Positions 29,482 to 39,453 are shown, numbered from the stretch's first letter. The stretch: DNA of 64,000 bases from Candidatus Micrarchaeota archaeon (GCA_038046805.1 JBBSVO010000001.1:453-64452); one strand, 5' to 3'. Program-made: numbers and translations. The notes: a model not told the origin generated them from the letters alone.

Positions 29482-32400
29482 ATGAACGAACGCTTTGTGT
29501 TATTTTTGGCACTGTCTTTGGTTTTATCCGGCTTGATTTTTGCCGACCTGTCTGTTTCTGCCCCGTATGTTGGCAAGATGAACGAATCCTTTAACTTCAC
29601 AGGTACATTTACTAATTCATCTGGCTCAGCGCAAGCTAATGTTAACGTATCAATTAACGTCAGTGGGCACGTTTATTCCGGCGTGACTGGTTCTGACGGT
29701 ACATTTTCTATTGCAACAAATGCTTCCAACACTACTGGCAACAGCACGATATATACATCAAGCAATGGTTCTTCAACTGCCTATACTTTCATTGAATATG
29801 TTACAAATGTGACAAATGTTACCTTCACATTCAACAGCACCACAACTACTTTTAGTGCAGGCACATCCTTTATCGTCAACCTCACCTTACTCAATGGAAG
29901 TGCTGCAGTTGCAAGCTATTTCCCAATGGTTTATGTTTACAAGGCAAACGGCGAAAGGCAATCATGGATGCTGAGAAATCTATCTGCGGTAACCGATTCC
30001 AATGGTGTTATTCAATATAATATTACAATTCCATCAGATGCAGTTGGCATCTTCTTCATTTCTGTTGAACACGGTAGAGGTATACAGCAGATCTCCACCA
30101 AATATGATGCAATAGACTTTTTCATCGGTTCAAACAACAACGGCAGTGTTTCAACCTCAACATTCGGTCAGGGTGCAACCGTGGAGCTTTTCTCAAAGCT
30201 TCTTGATAATAATGATTCTGCAGTAAGCAACGCTTCAATCCGCGTTTTTGTAAAAAAGCCAGATGGAAACTACACAAACTACACTCTTACAGAGCAGGAT
30301 GAGAACAATTTTTCAGGTTACTATAATTCTTCCTATAACAATACATCCACAATCGGAACTTACGAAGTAGAAACATACACATCATCAAACGGAGTGACAA
30401 TCAGAAGAGCATTCACATTCTCAGTAAGCCCGATTTCAATCTCCCTTGTTTCAGATACAGAAAGTGATAAGATGTTTGAATTCGGTGGCTTCAGAGGCGC
30501 AAGGCCAGGAAGTGAGGCATCGTTTTTCCTTGTGGTTGAAAATACCTCCAATGGAAACATGCTCAATGCAACTGCCAACGGAGTCAATGGCCAGGTAAAC
30601 TGTTCTAAAATAGCACTGGTTGATTTTGTGAGAACTGCCAATTCAACCTCTTACAAAGGCACCATAACCTCTTCGTTCAGTGCAACAAATGTTGATACTT
30701 TCTTTAGTGGCGCCCAAACCTGTCTTGTCAATTTCACAAGCCCGTCCGATACGGGGGTTTACAGGCTTGCAATAAGATTGGAATACTCTGGTACAAATTA
30801 CACTGCAAATGGTTATGTTCCTCTTCAGAAATATGTCCTTAGTATAATGCCACAACAGACTACTGCTGGTGGGGGCACTGGTGGTTTCGGCGGCGGTATG
30901 GGCATGGGCGGCGGCGAAATGGGCCCATCTGGCTTTATGTACAAACCTGGTTCAAATATTACCTTCAAAGTTCTTGCATATGATGTTAACGGAACCCAGA
31001 TTTCAACAATATCCGGCATTTCAGTTGTCAGACTCAGAAATCTTCCGACAGCAACTATTTTCCAACCGTCCAACAGCTCTACTCCGGGTACTGGTTACTT
31101 CAGGGCAATCTCAAGTGATGACACAGATACAGTTTCAATCCAGATTCCGGAAAACTATTCAGACATGTTCTCTCTTGAAGTCCAGGCAACCAATGTCAGC
31201 AATGATCTTGCACTGGGAAGTGGATATGTAATGGCAAAATGGATCATGGGCTTCCTTAATCCAAAAGTTAGTTGGGGTGGTGGTTATGGTATGGGCCCAA
31301 TGGGTGGTGGTGACGTCAGATGCACAAATGGCGTTAACTTTACCGGTGACGTCCGCCTTGCAGAAACTGGGGAAACTGCGAGCGGGGTCGTACTTCGTTC
31401 GGTGCCGACAATGCTTATTCAGGAAGATACTGGTCAAAGCGTAAGGAATTGCTTTACCTTTAATACTACTCAGAGCACGAATTCATCCTGGAACAATATC
31501 AATACCACGGCAACTTTCAATACTTCCTGCCATTCATGGGGTGGGGAATATTTCGGCCTGGCAAATGTGACTTATACCGACCCTGACGGAACATCGCATT
31601 CTGACGGCATACCATTCTTCATGAAATGCTCCAATATCCGCGGCAATGTTGATATGCGGGGAACAAGCGGCAACTGGAAGGTTGGTGGTTTAGAAGGAAT
31701 CAACATTTCAATTACTAATGCAGAATACACTAATGGAACATCACTTACAAGCGGTTCACTTTCTGTTCAGAGCATGGTCTCATTTGGCCAATACTTTGGT
31801 CCGCCAGAATTCATTTCTCCGTCCGCAACACTTAATTCATCGATAGTTGGTGGAAGTGCTAATCTTGTGATATACTCATCAAACTTCTCAAAAGCAACCT
31901 GGGCAGATGATGATACATTTGTTGATTTCAGGCTGAGATTCTGCGATACTTCTGGTATATGCGACACAATGCGACGAGGACTCATGGTCGGCGGTAATAA
32001 GCCCGACATGTGGTGGGACTTCTGGGGTGTTCAGGGTTTTAGCTGGCCAACTACAGTCTCTCCAGGAACAAGATTGTCGCTTATATTCCGCATAAAAAGC
32101 AATCTTACTGAGACGAACAATACCGGGACCCAGGGAACCAACATCACAGTGACCTTTGAATCAATGGGTATGGGTAACTCAATAAAGGCGACCCATGAAA
32201 ACAATTCCACGAGAATATCCGACGATTGGAACAGCTCCATAGATGGCACAGGCGAGTTATGGATGGTTAATGTAACCGTTCCAAACGGTCTTGCAAAAGG
32301 AGGAGTAAAGATAAAACTTCAGGTCAAAGACTACCTTGGAACAAAGATAACGACTGACATGTGGACGTCTGTTGCCGGAGTGCGTGTTTCAGTTGCTCGC

Positions 32401-33960
32401 AATAATATATTCGCGGATAGTGAGTCAACTAGAATTACAGAGGCTGGGAATAATGCGACATTACTGACAAAAGGCTGGAATATGTCATTCCTGACGCGTT
32501 CCACTGCGTTTAGCAACCTCTTTACCGGATATACTCCAACCACGCCTGTTTGCGCAAGAAATGACCTCGGTTTCAATGAAATGATGGGCGGAGGAGGAGG
32601 CGGAGGAGGTTATGGTGGTTATTCTGGTGGGTTTACCAACATTTCAATAAAACTACTAGTCTATGATTCGAATGCTGACGCGGTATATGATCGCGTGGTA
32701 ATACGAAAAATGAGTGCCGCTGGTGCAAATACGAACAACACTAGTGTCGGAGCAAATGCAATGTATGTCTTTGCTAATACAACCCCCGCGAATCGTTCGC
32801 TTAGAGTTCACGGGCTTGTGCTTGATGCAATTAAAGACTGCAACTTCGTTTCAGTAGTCAATACAACCTATACTCCATCTTATGGTATGGATTCATCCTC
32901 TGGTGGTGGTATGGGTGGAACCTGGGCAGGACAGGAAGTAACCAGTACATCATTCCAACTGCCATTCCTTGTAAGAAAGGGAATCACTCCTGTGGCCGGC
33001 GTTACTGTCAATATTTCAGGAGTATTTGAAGAAAGTTATATGGGGTATGGTTTTGGTACTCCGCTCGCAGCAACTAACTGGTCAGTCACACCTGGGGATA
33101 CAGACGCAGATGGTCTTGCCTTTGTAACTCTTCAGGTAAACCGATCTGGTATGTATAAATTCTTCTGGAAAATAAACGGAAGCACGAATGATTCTGCTTC
33201 GTTCAGCGACCCGGTAAGAATGGATATCCGTGCGTTCCAGATGTTTGGAATGAGATTGACTACACTTGGAAACAGCACAGTCACTCTTTCAAATGTCTCT
33301 ACAGTTTCCCCGGAGATTTTCCAGGGAAATGTAACGGGTTTCATGGGCGTAACTGCGTTGACCACGATAACCTATAATGAAACTGCTGGCATGCTTAATG
33401 TCAGTACAGGTAGTTTGAATTGGTCGTGTAGTGGTAGTAACGAGGCTTTGTGCGCGCCATCAGCCGCTCGTAATTATGGTGGTCTCCAATACGCAATTGG
33501 TTTGAATGACTCGCCGACCGCAGCAACAAAAAGACTTGCTTTCTTCCTAGAACCAACGTCTGGCTTTGCTTATAATTCACAACCTCTAAACCAGACAGAA
33601 AATCTTTACGCGGCAATCTGCCTGAATGACTTTGCAAAGCCGTCTCCGAACAAGCTCACTACAAATGCCACGATCTCTGGTCTGGTCCTCAAACAATACG
33701 GAATGAACGGTCAGCAGACCACGGTGGTGCAATCAACACACATTCTCAATGGTTCGGCAATAAGTTCAGTTCCTGTTGGTCCATATGGGTGTGCATTGCT
33801 TAACATCTCCTCGTCCAATTGGCCGACAGTTAACTCGTCCAGTGGTGGGGGGATGCTAAACCTTCAGGGAACGGGTTCTGCAAGTATGAGTGGCACACAA
33901 CAGTCGATGACTGTAGATATGTTGCCCCCGTTTATGGTCGGTTCCTATAACTACTGGTGA
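29482..33960 (+). CDS. giant secreted glycoprotein (S-layer/adhesin-like, tandem beta-sandwich domains)
   Basis: 1492 aa; signal peptide; very many N-x-S/T sequons; Gly/Met-rich inserts; no C-terminal TM. Confidence 0.8.
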   Translation: MNERFVLFLALSLVLSGLIFADLSVSAPYVGKMNESFNFTGTFTNSSGSAQANVNVSINVSGHVYSGVTGSDGTFSIATNASNTTGNSTIYTSSNGSSTAYTFIEYVTNVTNVTFTFNSTTTTFSAGTSFIVNLTLLNGSAAVASYFPMVYVYKANGERQSWMLRNLSAVTDSNGVIQYNITIPSDAVGIFFISVEHGRGIQQISTKYDAIDFFIGSNNNGSVSTSTFGQGATVELFSKLLDNNDSAVSNASIRVFVKKPDGNYTNYTLTEQDENNFSGYYNSSYNNTSTIGTYEVETYTSSNGVTIRRAFTFSVSPISISLVSDTESDKMFEFGGFRGARPGSEASFFLVVENTSNGNMLNATANGVNGQVNCSKIALVDFVRTANSTSYKGTITSSFSATNVDTFFSGAQTCLVNFTSPSDTGVYRLAIRLEYSGTNYTANGYVPLQKYVLSIMPQQTTAGGGTGGFGGGMGMGGGEMGPSGFMYKPGSNITFKVLAYDVNGTQISTISGISVVRLRNLPTATIFQPSNSSTPGTGYFRAISSDDTDTVSIQIPENYSDMFSLEVQATNVSNDLALGSGYVMAKWIMGFLNPKVSWGGGYGMGPMGGGDVRCTNGVNFTGDVRLAETGETASGVVLRSVPTMLIQEDTGQSVRNCFTFNTTQSTNSSWNNINTTATFNTSCHSWGGEYFGLANVTYTDPDGTSHSDGIPFFMKCSNIRGNVDMRGTSGNWKVGGLEGINISITNAEYTNGTSLTSGSLSVQSMVSFGQYFGPPEFISPSATLNSSIVGGSANLVIYSSNFSKATWADDDTFVDFRLRFCDTSGICDTMRRGLMVGGNKPDMWWDFWGVQGFSWPTTVSPGTRLSLIFRIKSNLTETNNTGTQGTNITVTFESMGMGNSIKATHENNSTRISDDWNSSIDGTGELWMVNVTVPNGLAKGGVKIKLQVKDYLGTKITTDMWTSVAGVRVSVARNNIFADSESTRITEAGNNATLLTKGWNMSFLTRSTAFSNLFTGYTPTTPVCARNDLGFNEMMGGGGGGGGYGGYSGGFTNISIKLLVYDSNADAVYDRVVIRKMSAAGANTNNTSVGANAMYVFANTTPANRSLRVHGLVLDAIKDCNFVSVVNTTYTPSYGMDSSSGGGMGGTWAGQEVTSTSFQLPFLVRKGITPVAGVTVNISGVFEESYMGYGFGTPLAATNWSVTPGDTDADGLAFVTLQVNRSGMYKFFWKINGSTNDSASFSDPVRMDIRAFQMFGMRLTTLGNSTVTLSNVSTVSPEIFQGNVTGFMGVTALTTITYNETAGMLNVSTGSLNWSCSGSNEALCAPSAARNYGGLQYAIGLNDSPTAATKRLAFFLEPTSGFAYNSQPLNQTENLYAAICLNDFAKPSPNKLTTNATISGLVLKQYGMNGQQTTVVQSTHILNGSAISSVPVGPYGCALLNISSSNWPTVNSSSGGGMLNLQGTGSASMSGTQQSMTVDMLPPFMVGSYNYW

Positions 33961-35204
33961 TTCTGATGATAAACACACAACGGTTTTCTTTATTTGGATT
34001 TTTGTTTTTTTTCGCCTTGTTTGCCTCAGTGGCTTTTGCGCAGTCCTGTTCAGCAACGCTGACAACCTCCGCATCAAGTAGCGCTACGATTGGTTCTGAC
34101 GTGACCGTTACGGTTTCGTATTCCAATGCAAGCAGCTGTACTTCTGCAAACATTGTTGATGACACGGGTGGGCTTATAATAACCCCGAGTTCGCAGAGCA
34201 TTTCCGGCTCAAGTGGTTCAACATCATTTACCATCTCCGCAGCCTCAACAGGAACTTACAGCTATCATGCTGCGAGCGGTTCCTCAACAAGCTCAACTGC
34301 AAACGTGGAATTCTCTTCATGGAGCAATCTGTTCGGTATTTCTCCATTACCCTCAGCTTCGAATGGTCAAAGTTCATTCACACTCGTATTTACAGTAACC
34401 AATGTTGCGAGCGGTTCTGCAACATCAGCGTATACCGTTACTGCTGACAGCGGCCTTGGAGTTTCCGGTTCTACGAGCGGAACAATCACTCTTGCTCAAG
34501 GCGCGCAGACTCAGGTAAGTGTAACAGTCACCGCAACTCCCTGTTTCAGCGGAACAAAACAAGTTAGTTTCAACTTGGGAAGCACAACCGGTGCGTCCAC
34601 AGTTAGCGTGACAAACCAATGTTCAACTACTACCTCATCTACTACGGCATCTCAAGGTTCAAGCGTCCAGGCAGTAGACGCAGCAATCACTACAACTGCC
34701 ACAACTGCAGCAGCAACTACACCCTCAACCACTACAACTCCATCCTCAACTCCTCCAGCTTTACCAGAAACCAAACCATCTGAAGAACCCTCTGAATCTC
34801 CAGCAGCTCCGGCACCAACTCCAAACAAGGACAATTCCTATTCTCTCATAAGTTCAGTGCAAAAGGAGATTTCTTCACTCAAAGCCTCTGGCGTAGACAC
34901 AGTTGAAGTTCAAAAACTTCTTTCAGCTGCATTAAATGCGTTTAATGCCGGAGATTACGCAAAGGCAATCGAACTTGCCCAGCAGGCAAAAGCCGCGGCA
35001 GCAAAGGCAAAATCAGCTGCATTAACAACCGGCGCCGCAGCACTTCCATCTGCTCCTGGCGCGCAACCCTCCGGATTCCCAGGCTGGCTGCTTCCACTTA
35101 TTCTGGTGGTCGTAGTAGTCGTGATCCTCGCAGCCTATTTCCTGATGAAGGGCGGAAAAGGCAGCTCTGGTAGTTCTGGCGGGAATTACAAATATAAGAA
35201 GTAG
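33957..35204 (+). CDS. Ser/Thr-rich secreted protein with Pro/Thr linker and C-terminal membrane anchor
   Basis: Signal peptide, beta-rich domains, TTPSTTT/PAPAP linker, helical segment, TM (WLLPLILVVVVVVILAAYFLM) and basic tail. Confidence 0.8.
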   Translation: MILMINTQRFSLFGFLFFFALFASVAFAQSCSATLTTSASSSATIGSDVTVTVSYSNASSCTSANIVDDTGGLIITPSSQSISGSSGSTSFTISAASTGTYSYHAASGSSTSSTANVEFSSWSNLFGISPLPSASNGQSSFTLVFTVTNVASGSATSAYTVTADSGLGVSGSTSGTITLAQGAQTQVSVTVTATPCFSGTKQVSFNLGSTTGASTVSVTNQCSTTTSSTTASQGSSVQAVDAAITTTATTAAATTPSTTTTPSSTPPALPETKPSEEPSESPAAPAPTPNKDNSYSLISSVQKEISSLKASGVDTVEVQKLLSAALNAFNAGDYAKAIELAQQAKAAAAKAKSAALTTGAAALPSAPGAQPSGFPGWLLPLILVVVVVVILAAYFLMKGGKGSSGSSGGNYKYKK

Positions 35205-35228
35205 ATTATGTTAGCAGTGGGACATTTA

Positions 35229-35320
35229 CAACTTCCGCAGAAGTTGGAAAGACGGGAAAATCTCGCAGGATTTTCACGGATGAGCCGTGGGCATTAAGCT
35301 CGCGGCCGCGTTCTTTTTTT
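35229..35320. other. three-hairpin structured element followed by a T-tract
   Basis: caacttc-CGCA-gaagttg; gaaaatct-CGCA-ggattttc; gccgtgggc-attaa-gctcgcggc; then ttcttttttt. Confidence 0.55.
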
Positions 35321-35335
35321 ATTTTATTGTTCTTC

Positions 35336-36721
35336 TTACTTTTTAGCTTCTGCACTCTCAGCCCGTGTTGCATGAGCTGTTCCGATTTGGACTTCTCCCT
35401 CAGTTATGAAACTCACCTTGCAGCTTGTTCCTCCGAGCGGTGCGCCAAATCCATCTGAACAGAAATGTGCGAACCCAGCATTGTTTGCGTCGTCTAATGA
35501 TCTCCCAAGGAATTTCATTGGTGTGAGGTCACTGCCTCGCGGAGCGTATTCCTGGCAGTAACGGATAATTCCCTCGTTGTCTCGCATCTCACCGACATTA
35601 CAGGAAAAGGAAAAACTCTGTACAAAATGTTTTTCTCCGCTTTCTTTTCCATCAGAGTATATAAATTCCATGACCACGTCGTTAACTTCCAGCATCCTTT
35701 CATAGAATTCCGGTGCTTCCATATGCACAATTTCACTATCTACCCGTTCTTTCATAGCTTGTGGTTCTGCCATGATAACTGCATCCATTGCCTCGCGTAT
35801 GCTGCCTCTTTCGGCCATTTCAAACATAAAGTTTATCCTCCCCATTGCATGTGATTCATCATCGCCACTTTTCAAGACCATGAATGAAACCCAGCTTTCG
35901 AGTATTTCCTCCGGAATCCTGCGGCAAACATCTGGCTTCAATAAAAGCGGCATTCCATCATTATCCAAATATATCTCCCCTTCAATTGTATCTGCACCCC
36001 CACTAGTGCCTATTCTGTTCCTACACGATACCAAATCCAAATAAAATCCAATTGCTTCGGACGTGAATTCATTAGAACTTTTATTGAATTCTACATTGTC
36101 CTTTGCATGCCCCATCTCGTGAAATACAACACTAAGAGTGGTTTCAAGGTCTTCCATAGTGGGCATATATATTGTATTATTATCGTCGATGTAGAATGCT
36201 TCGGCTACTTCCAATCCACTTCTGAAGTTTCCCAGTATTTGTTTTAGCCTATCAAATTCATACGCTCCCATGATTGCAAGAAGCGTTGATGGCGGCGCGT
36301 CATACCCAAATGCATTTCTATGAATTGCGCGGACGTATGGAAGTAAAAGTTTAGTTCCTGCATCCATATCGCCCTGTTCTAGAAGTTTGAATCCGGTTTC
36401 GGCCATTGTAAATGCCTTTATCAAGTCGCTCTCTACTCCAATTCCTATTCTAACTGCCGGTACAAAATTAAGAAGTGCGGTTTCACCAAAATTAATCTCA
36501 AACTGTCTCATACTATCCTCGTCACAGATTGTGCTATTGCATTTCATGGAAATCTGCTGATCGCCCCCTTGTTTCGCAGCCTCTTTATCCTGCAGTATCT
36601 TTCCGATTGTTGGGCAAGCAATCGTTTCAAATAATACTGCCGCAGCTAAAGCAATGGTTCCAATCGCTCGTTTAGCCCTGTTGCTCGTCATCTGCATTTT
36701 CATATACATATATCTCCACAA
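35336..36721 (-). CDS. secreted acidic zinc metallopeptidase-like protein
   Basis: N-terminal signal-like segment; VFHEMGH followed by NEFTSE. Confidence 0.55.
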   Translation of the reverse strand: MWRYMYMKMQMTSNRAKRAIGTIALAAAVLFETIACPTIGKILQDKEAAKQGGDQQISMKCNSTICDEDSMRQFEINFGETALLNFVPAVRIGIGVESDLIKAFTMAETGFKLLEQGDMDAGTKLLLPYVRAIHRNAFGYDAPPSTLLAIMGAYEFDRLKQILGNFRSGLEVAEAFYIDDNNTIYMPTMEDLETTLSVVFHEMGHAKDNVEFNKSSNEFTSEAIGFYLDLVSCRNRIGTSGGADTIEGEIYLDNDGMPLLLKPDVCRRIPEEILESWVSFMVLKSGDDESHAMGRINFMFEMAERGSIREAMDAVIMAEPQAMKERVDSEIVHMEAPEFYERMLEVNDVVMEFIYSDGKESGEKHFVQSFSFSCNVGEMRDNEGIIRYCQEYAPRGSDLTPMKFLGRSLDDANNAGFAHFCSDGFGAPLGGTSCKVSFITEGEVQIGTAHATRAESAEAKK

Positions 36722-36773
36722 TTAGTAATTTAAAACCTATCCTTTCGAGTCGGTGCGCGCAGGTAGGCTTATT

Positions 36774-36899
36774 TCACGCTTGCAATAAGTTTTTTGAGCA
36801 GTTCCAGCACATATACTTCGTGCCACCCAACGATTCCTGATAAAATACAAAATAAAACGTATCCGGCATACTATCCTGGCATTTCATACAACTAACCAT
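36774..36899 (-). CDS. 41-aa Cys4 zinc-finger microprotein
   Basis: GAGGTGA RBS then MVSCMKCQDSMPDTFYFVFYQESLGGTKYMCWNCSKNLLQA (manual translation). Confidence 0.7.
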   Translation of the reverse strand: MVSCMKCQDSMPDTFYFVFYQESLGGTKYMCWNCSKNLLQA

Positions 36900-36950
36900 A
36901 TTTTCACCTCAGTTTTGTTAGCGGTTCGTTCCACTTTTTATAATCTTGTT

Positions 36951-37886
36951 TTATCTTTTCCCAAGCAAGAACAGCATTATTGCCTTTTGCGCATGCAAAC
37001 GATTCTCTGCCTGGTCAAAAACAATGCTTTGCGGGCCGTCAATCACATCTACGGTCTGCTCATATCCCCGCATTGCCGGAAGACAGTTCATGAATATCGC
37101 ATCCGGTTTTGCGCATTTCATAAGTTCAGCGTTTACCTGATACGGGGTCAGAACGGCTATTCGTTCGGATTCCTTTTCTTTAGGAAGATGATAACTCATC
37201 CAACTGTCTGTGTAAACAATATCTGCGCCTTTAACTGCTTCTCCTGCGTCATGCGTAACAACGAGTTTGCATTTGTTCCGCACTGCGTTCTTTTTTCCAA
37301 TCCCGAGAACTGCATCGTGCGGCTCAACTTCCTTTCCTCTCGGACACGCAACACTAATATCTATTCCAACTTTCGTGCACCCTTCTATAAGAGAATGTGT
37401 GATATTGTTGTTTCCGTCTCCGCAATACGCGAGCTTCAATCCCCCAAGCTTTTTTTTCTTTTCCCGTATTGTCTGCAAATCCGCGATTATCTGACATGGG
37501 TGCGCGAAGTTTGTAAGAGCATTGATTACCGGAACATTGGAATATTTTGCGTATTCTTCTATATCCTCATGTCCGAAAAGCCGCGCCATTACAATATCGA
37601 CATATCTCGCCGCAGTCCGTGCGGTGTCCGCGATGCTCTCTTTTTTTCCCATTGGCGAGGTTGAAAGGTCGTAATATATACCATGCCCGCCCATCTGCGT
37701 CATTCCCACCTCAAAACTAAGGCGCGTGCGAAGGGACGGCTTTGCAAAAATCATGAGCAGCGTCTTATCCTTGAGCACAGTCGCATACTGCCCGGGATTC
37801 TTTTTTATCCTGTCCGCAAAGTCAAGAATGTCCAAAAGTTCTTTATCCGTCAAATCATTTAGGGTAAGAAGATGCCGAATTGCCAT
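36951..37886 (-). CDS. argF: ornithine carbamoyltransferase
   Basis: KPSLRTRLSFE, HPCQ, YTDSWMS, FMNCLPA, DQAENRLHAQKA. Confidence 0.95.
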   Translation of the reverse strand: MAIRHLLTLNDLTDKELLDILDFADRIKKNPGQYATVLKDKTLLMIFAKPSLRTRLSFEVGMTQMGGHGIYYDLSTSPMGKKESIADTARTAARYVDIVMARLFGHEDIEEYAKYSNVPVINALTNFAHPCQIIADLQTIREKKKKLGGLKLAYCGDGNNNITHSLIEGCTKVGIDISVACPRGKEVEPHDAVLGIGKKNAVRNKCKLVVTHDAGEAVKGADIVYTDSWMSYHLPKEKESERIAVLTPYQVNAELMKCAKPDAIFMNCLPAMRGYEQTVDVIDGPQSIVFDQAENRLHAQKAIMLFLLGKR

Positions 37887-38012
37887 AATACCACGGCATT
37901 ATAATGGCGGGTAGGTTAAAAAACTTAGTTTATCGGCCATTTATCGGCCAAATTACCCCCTCCCCCCTGCTTAGATTTAAATACTACATCATTTCTTCCT
38001 TAGTATTACCTA

Positions 38013-38100
38013 AGGGGCGCATTACGCCCCTGATATTGTCTCGTGTCTCGGGTTCTGCGTCTTGCGCGCATAACATAGAACCCGAAGCTCCTGACATAGT
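38013..38100 (+). promoter_or_regulatory. structured 5' leader (two hairpins) upstream of the small gene and radA
   Basis: aggggcg-catta-cgcccct (38013-38031); tcgggttct..agaacccga (38048-38085); lies between TATA-like tttaaata (~37976) and GGAGG RBS. Confidence 0.5.
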
Positions 38101-38114
38101 TTGGAGGTTTTATT

Positions 38115-38417
38115 ATGCGCACGATTGATGAAAAAGTTGATGATGACCGCGATGGTTTTGTGGAGGTTCCAATTTCCCCGCAAAGTGGGAAGAAGGGAAG
38201 CCCTGGTAGTTCAGGGAGTTCTGGTGAGCAACCTGTAGACCAAAAAGGCAACCCGCCAGATTTTCGCATTGTCCAGCCAGAGGTTGACAAGGATGGAAAA
38301 ACAATGTATCACAGTGTTGGTGGGATGTGGAAGCGCGTTTCAAAGAATGGAAATGAATTCTATTCCCTTATGATCGGAAACCTGAAGCTTTTGGTTTTCC
38401 CGAATGACAAGAAGTAA
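38115..38417 (+). CDS. small DUF736-like protein
   Basis: PPDFRIV..VGGMWKRVSKNGNEFYSL; strong GGAGG RBS. Confidence 0.6.
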   Translation: MRTIDEKVDDDRDGFVEVPISPQSGKKGSPGSSGSSGEQPVDQKGNPPDFRIVQPEVDKDGKTMYHSVGGMWKRVSKNGNEFYSLMIGNLKLLVFPNDKK

Positions 38418-38469
38418 TTAATCCGCGCATAGCGCACCGTGTACTTCGCATATTTATCTGGTGATGAAA

Positions 38470-39453
38470 ATGGCAGAAAAAAACGAAAAAACAGAAAAAG
38501 ATGACAAAAAGAAGAAGTATTATAGAGAGCTTGAAGATCTTCCTGGAATTGGGGATGCAAGCGCTGAAAAACTTAGAAAGGCAGGTTATTCTGATTTCAA
38601 AACCATTGCTGCTGCAAGTCCGCATGAGCTTGCAGAGGCAGCCGAAATCGGAGTTGAAAATGCAAAAAAGGCAATTGCCGGTGCAAAAGAAACAGTTGAA
38701 ATCGGTTTTGAAACCGCAGATACTATTTTTGAGCGCAGGAAATCTATAGGACGGATAAAGACTGGTTCCGAAGCTCTTGATGAATTACTTGGCGGTGGTG
38801 TGGAAACACAATCGATAACGGAATGCTATGGAAAATTTAGCAGTGGAAAGAGCCAGGTCGGCTTCCAACTCAGCGTTAATGCCCAAAAATCTCCAGAGCA
38901 AGGTGGTCTTGGTGGGAAAGTTCTCTTTATCGATAGTGAAGCCACGTTTCGACCAGATCGCATTGCTCATCTTGCCGAAGCAGCGGGAATGAATAAAGAA
39001 GAGGTTTTGAAAAGCATATTTGTTGCAAGGGCTGAAGATAGTGCCCATCAGATGATTCTTATCGAAAAGGCTGAGGAGACGATACAGCAAAACAACATCA
39101 AGTTGATTATTGTTGACTCCCTCACCTCCCACTTTAGGGCAGACTTTTTAGGTCGCGGTTCTCTTGGAGAGCGGCAACAGAAACTAAACAAACACGTCCA
39201 TGATTTACAAAAGCTTTCGGAAAAGTACAATCTTGCGATTTATATTACGAATCAGGTTATGGATAATCCCGGTATAATGTTTGGTGATCCGACCACTCCA
39301 ATTGGTGGCCACGTGCTTGGGCATATGTCAACATATAGAGTGTATCTGCGTAAGAGCAAGGAAGAGAAACGAATCGCCCGTCTTGTTGATTCTCCGAATT
39401 TACCCGAAGGCGAATGTGTTTTCAAGGTAACAAAAGATGGGATTGCGGATTAA
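38470..39453 (+). CDS. radA: DNA repair and recombination protein RadA
   Basis: HhH LEDLPGIG, GKFSSGKSQ, FIDSEATFRPDRI, IIVDSLTSHFR, RLVDSPNLPEGE. Confidence 0.97.
   Translation: MAEKNEKTEKDDKKKKYYRELEDLPGIGDASAEKLRKAGYSDFKTIAAASPHELAEAAEIGVENAKKAIAGAKETVEIGFETADTIFERRKSIGRIKTGSEALDELLGGGVETQSITECYGKFSSGKSQVGFQLSVNAQKSPEQGGLGGKVLFIDSEATFRPDRIAHLAEAAGMNKEEVLKSIFVARAEDSAHQMILIEKAEETIQQNNIKLIIVDSLTSHFRADFLGRGSLGERQQKLNKHVHDLQKLSEKYNLAIYITNQVMDNPGIMFGDPTTPIGGHVLGHMSTYRVYLRKSKEEKRIARLVDSPNLPEGECVFKVTKDGIAD

Noticed and set aside
36915-37664. 249-aa plus-strand ORF and many similar antisense ORFs
   Set aside because: Shadow frames of well-supported genes (here argF) with no motifs
37899-37965. 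Tandem tttatcggcca repeat and C-run upstream of argF
   Set aside because: Two short copies only; likely local slippage duplication
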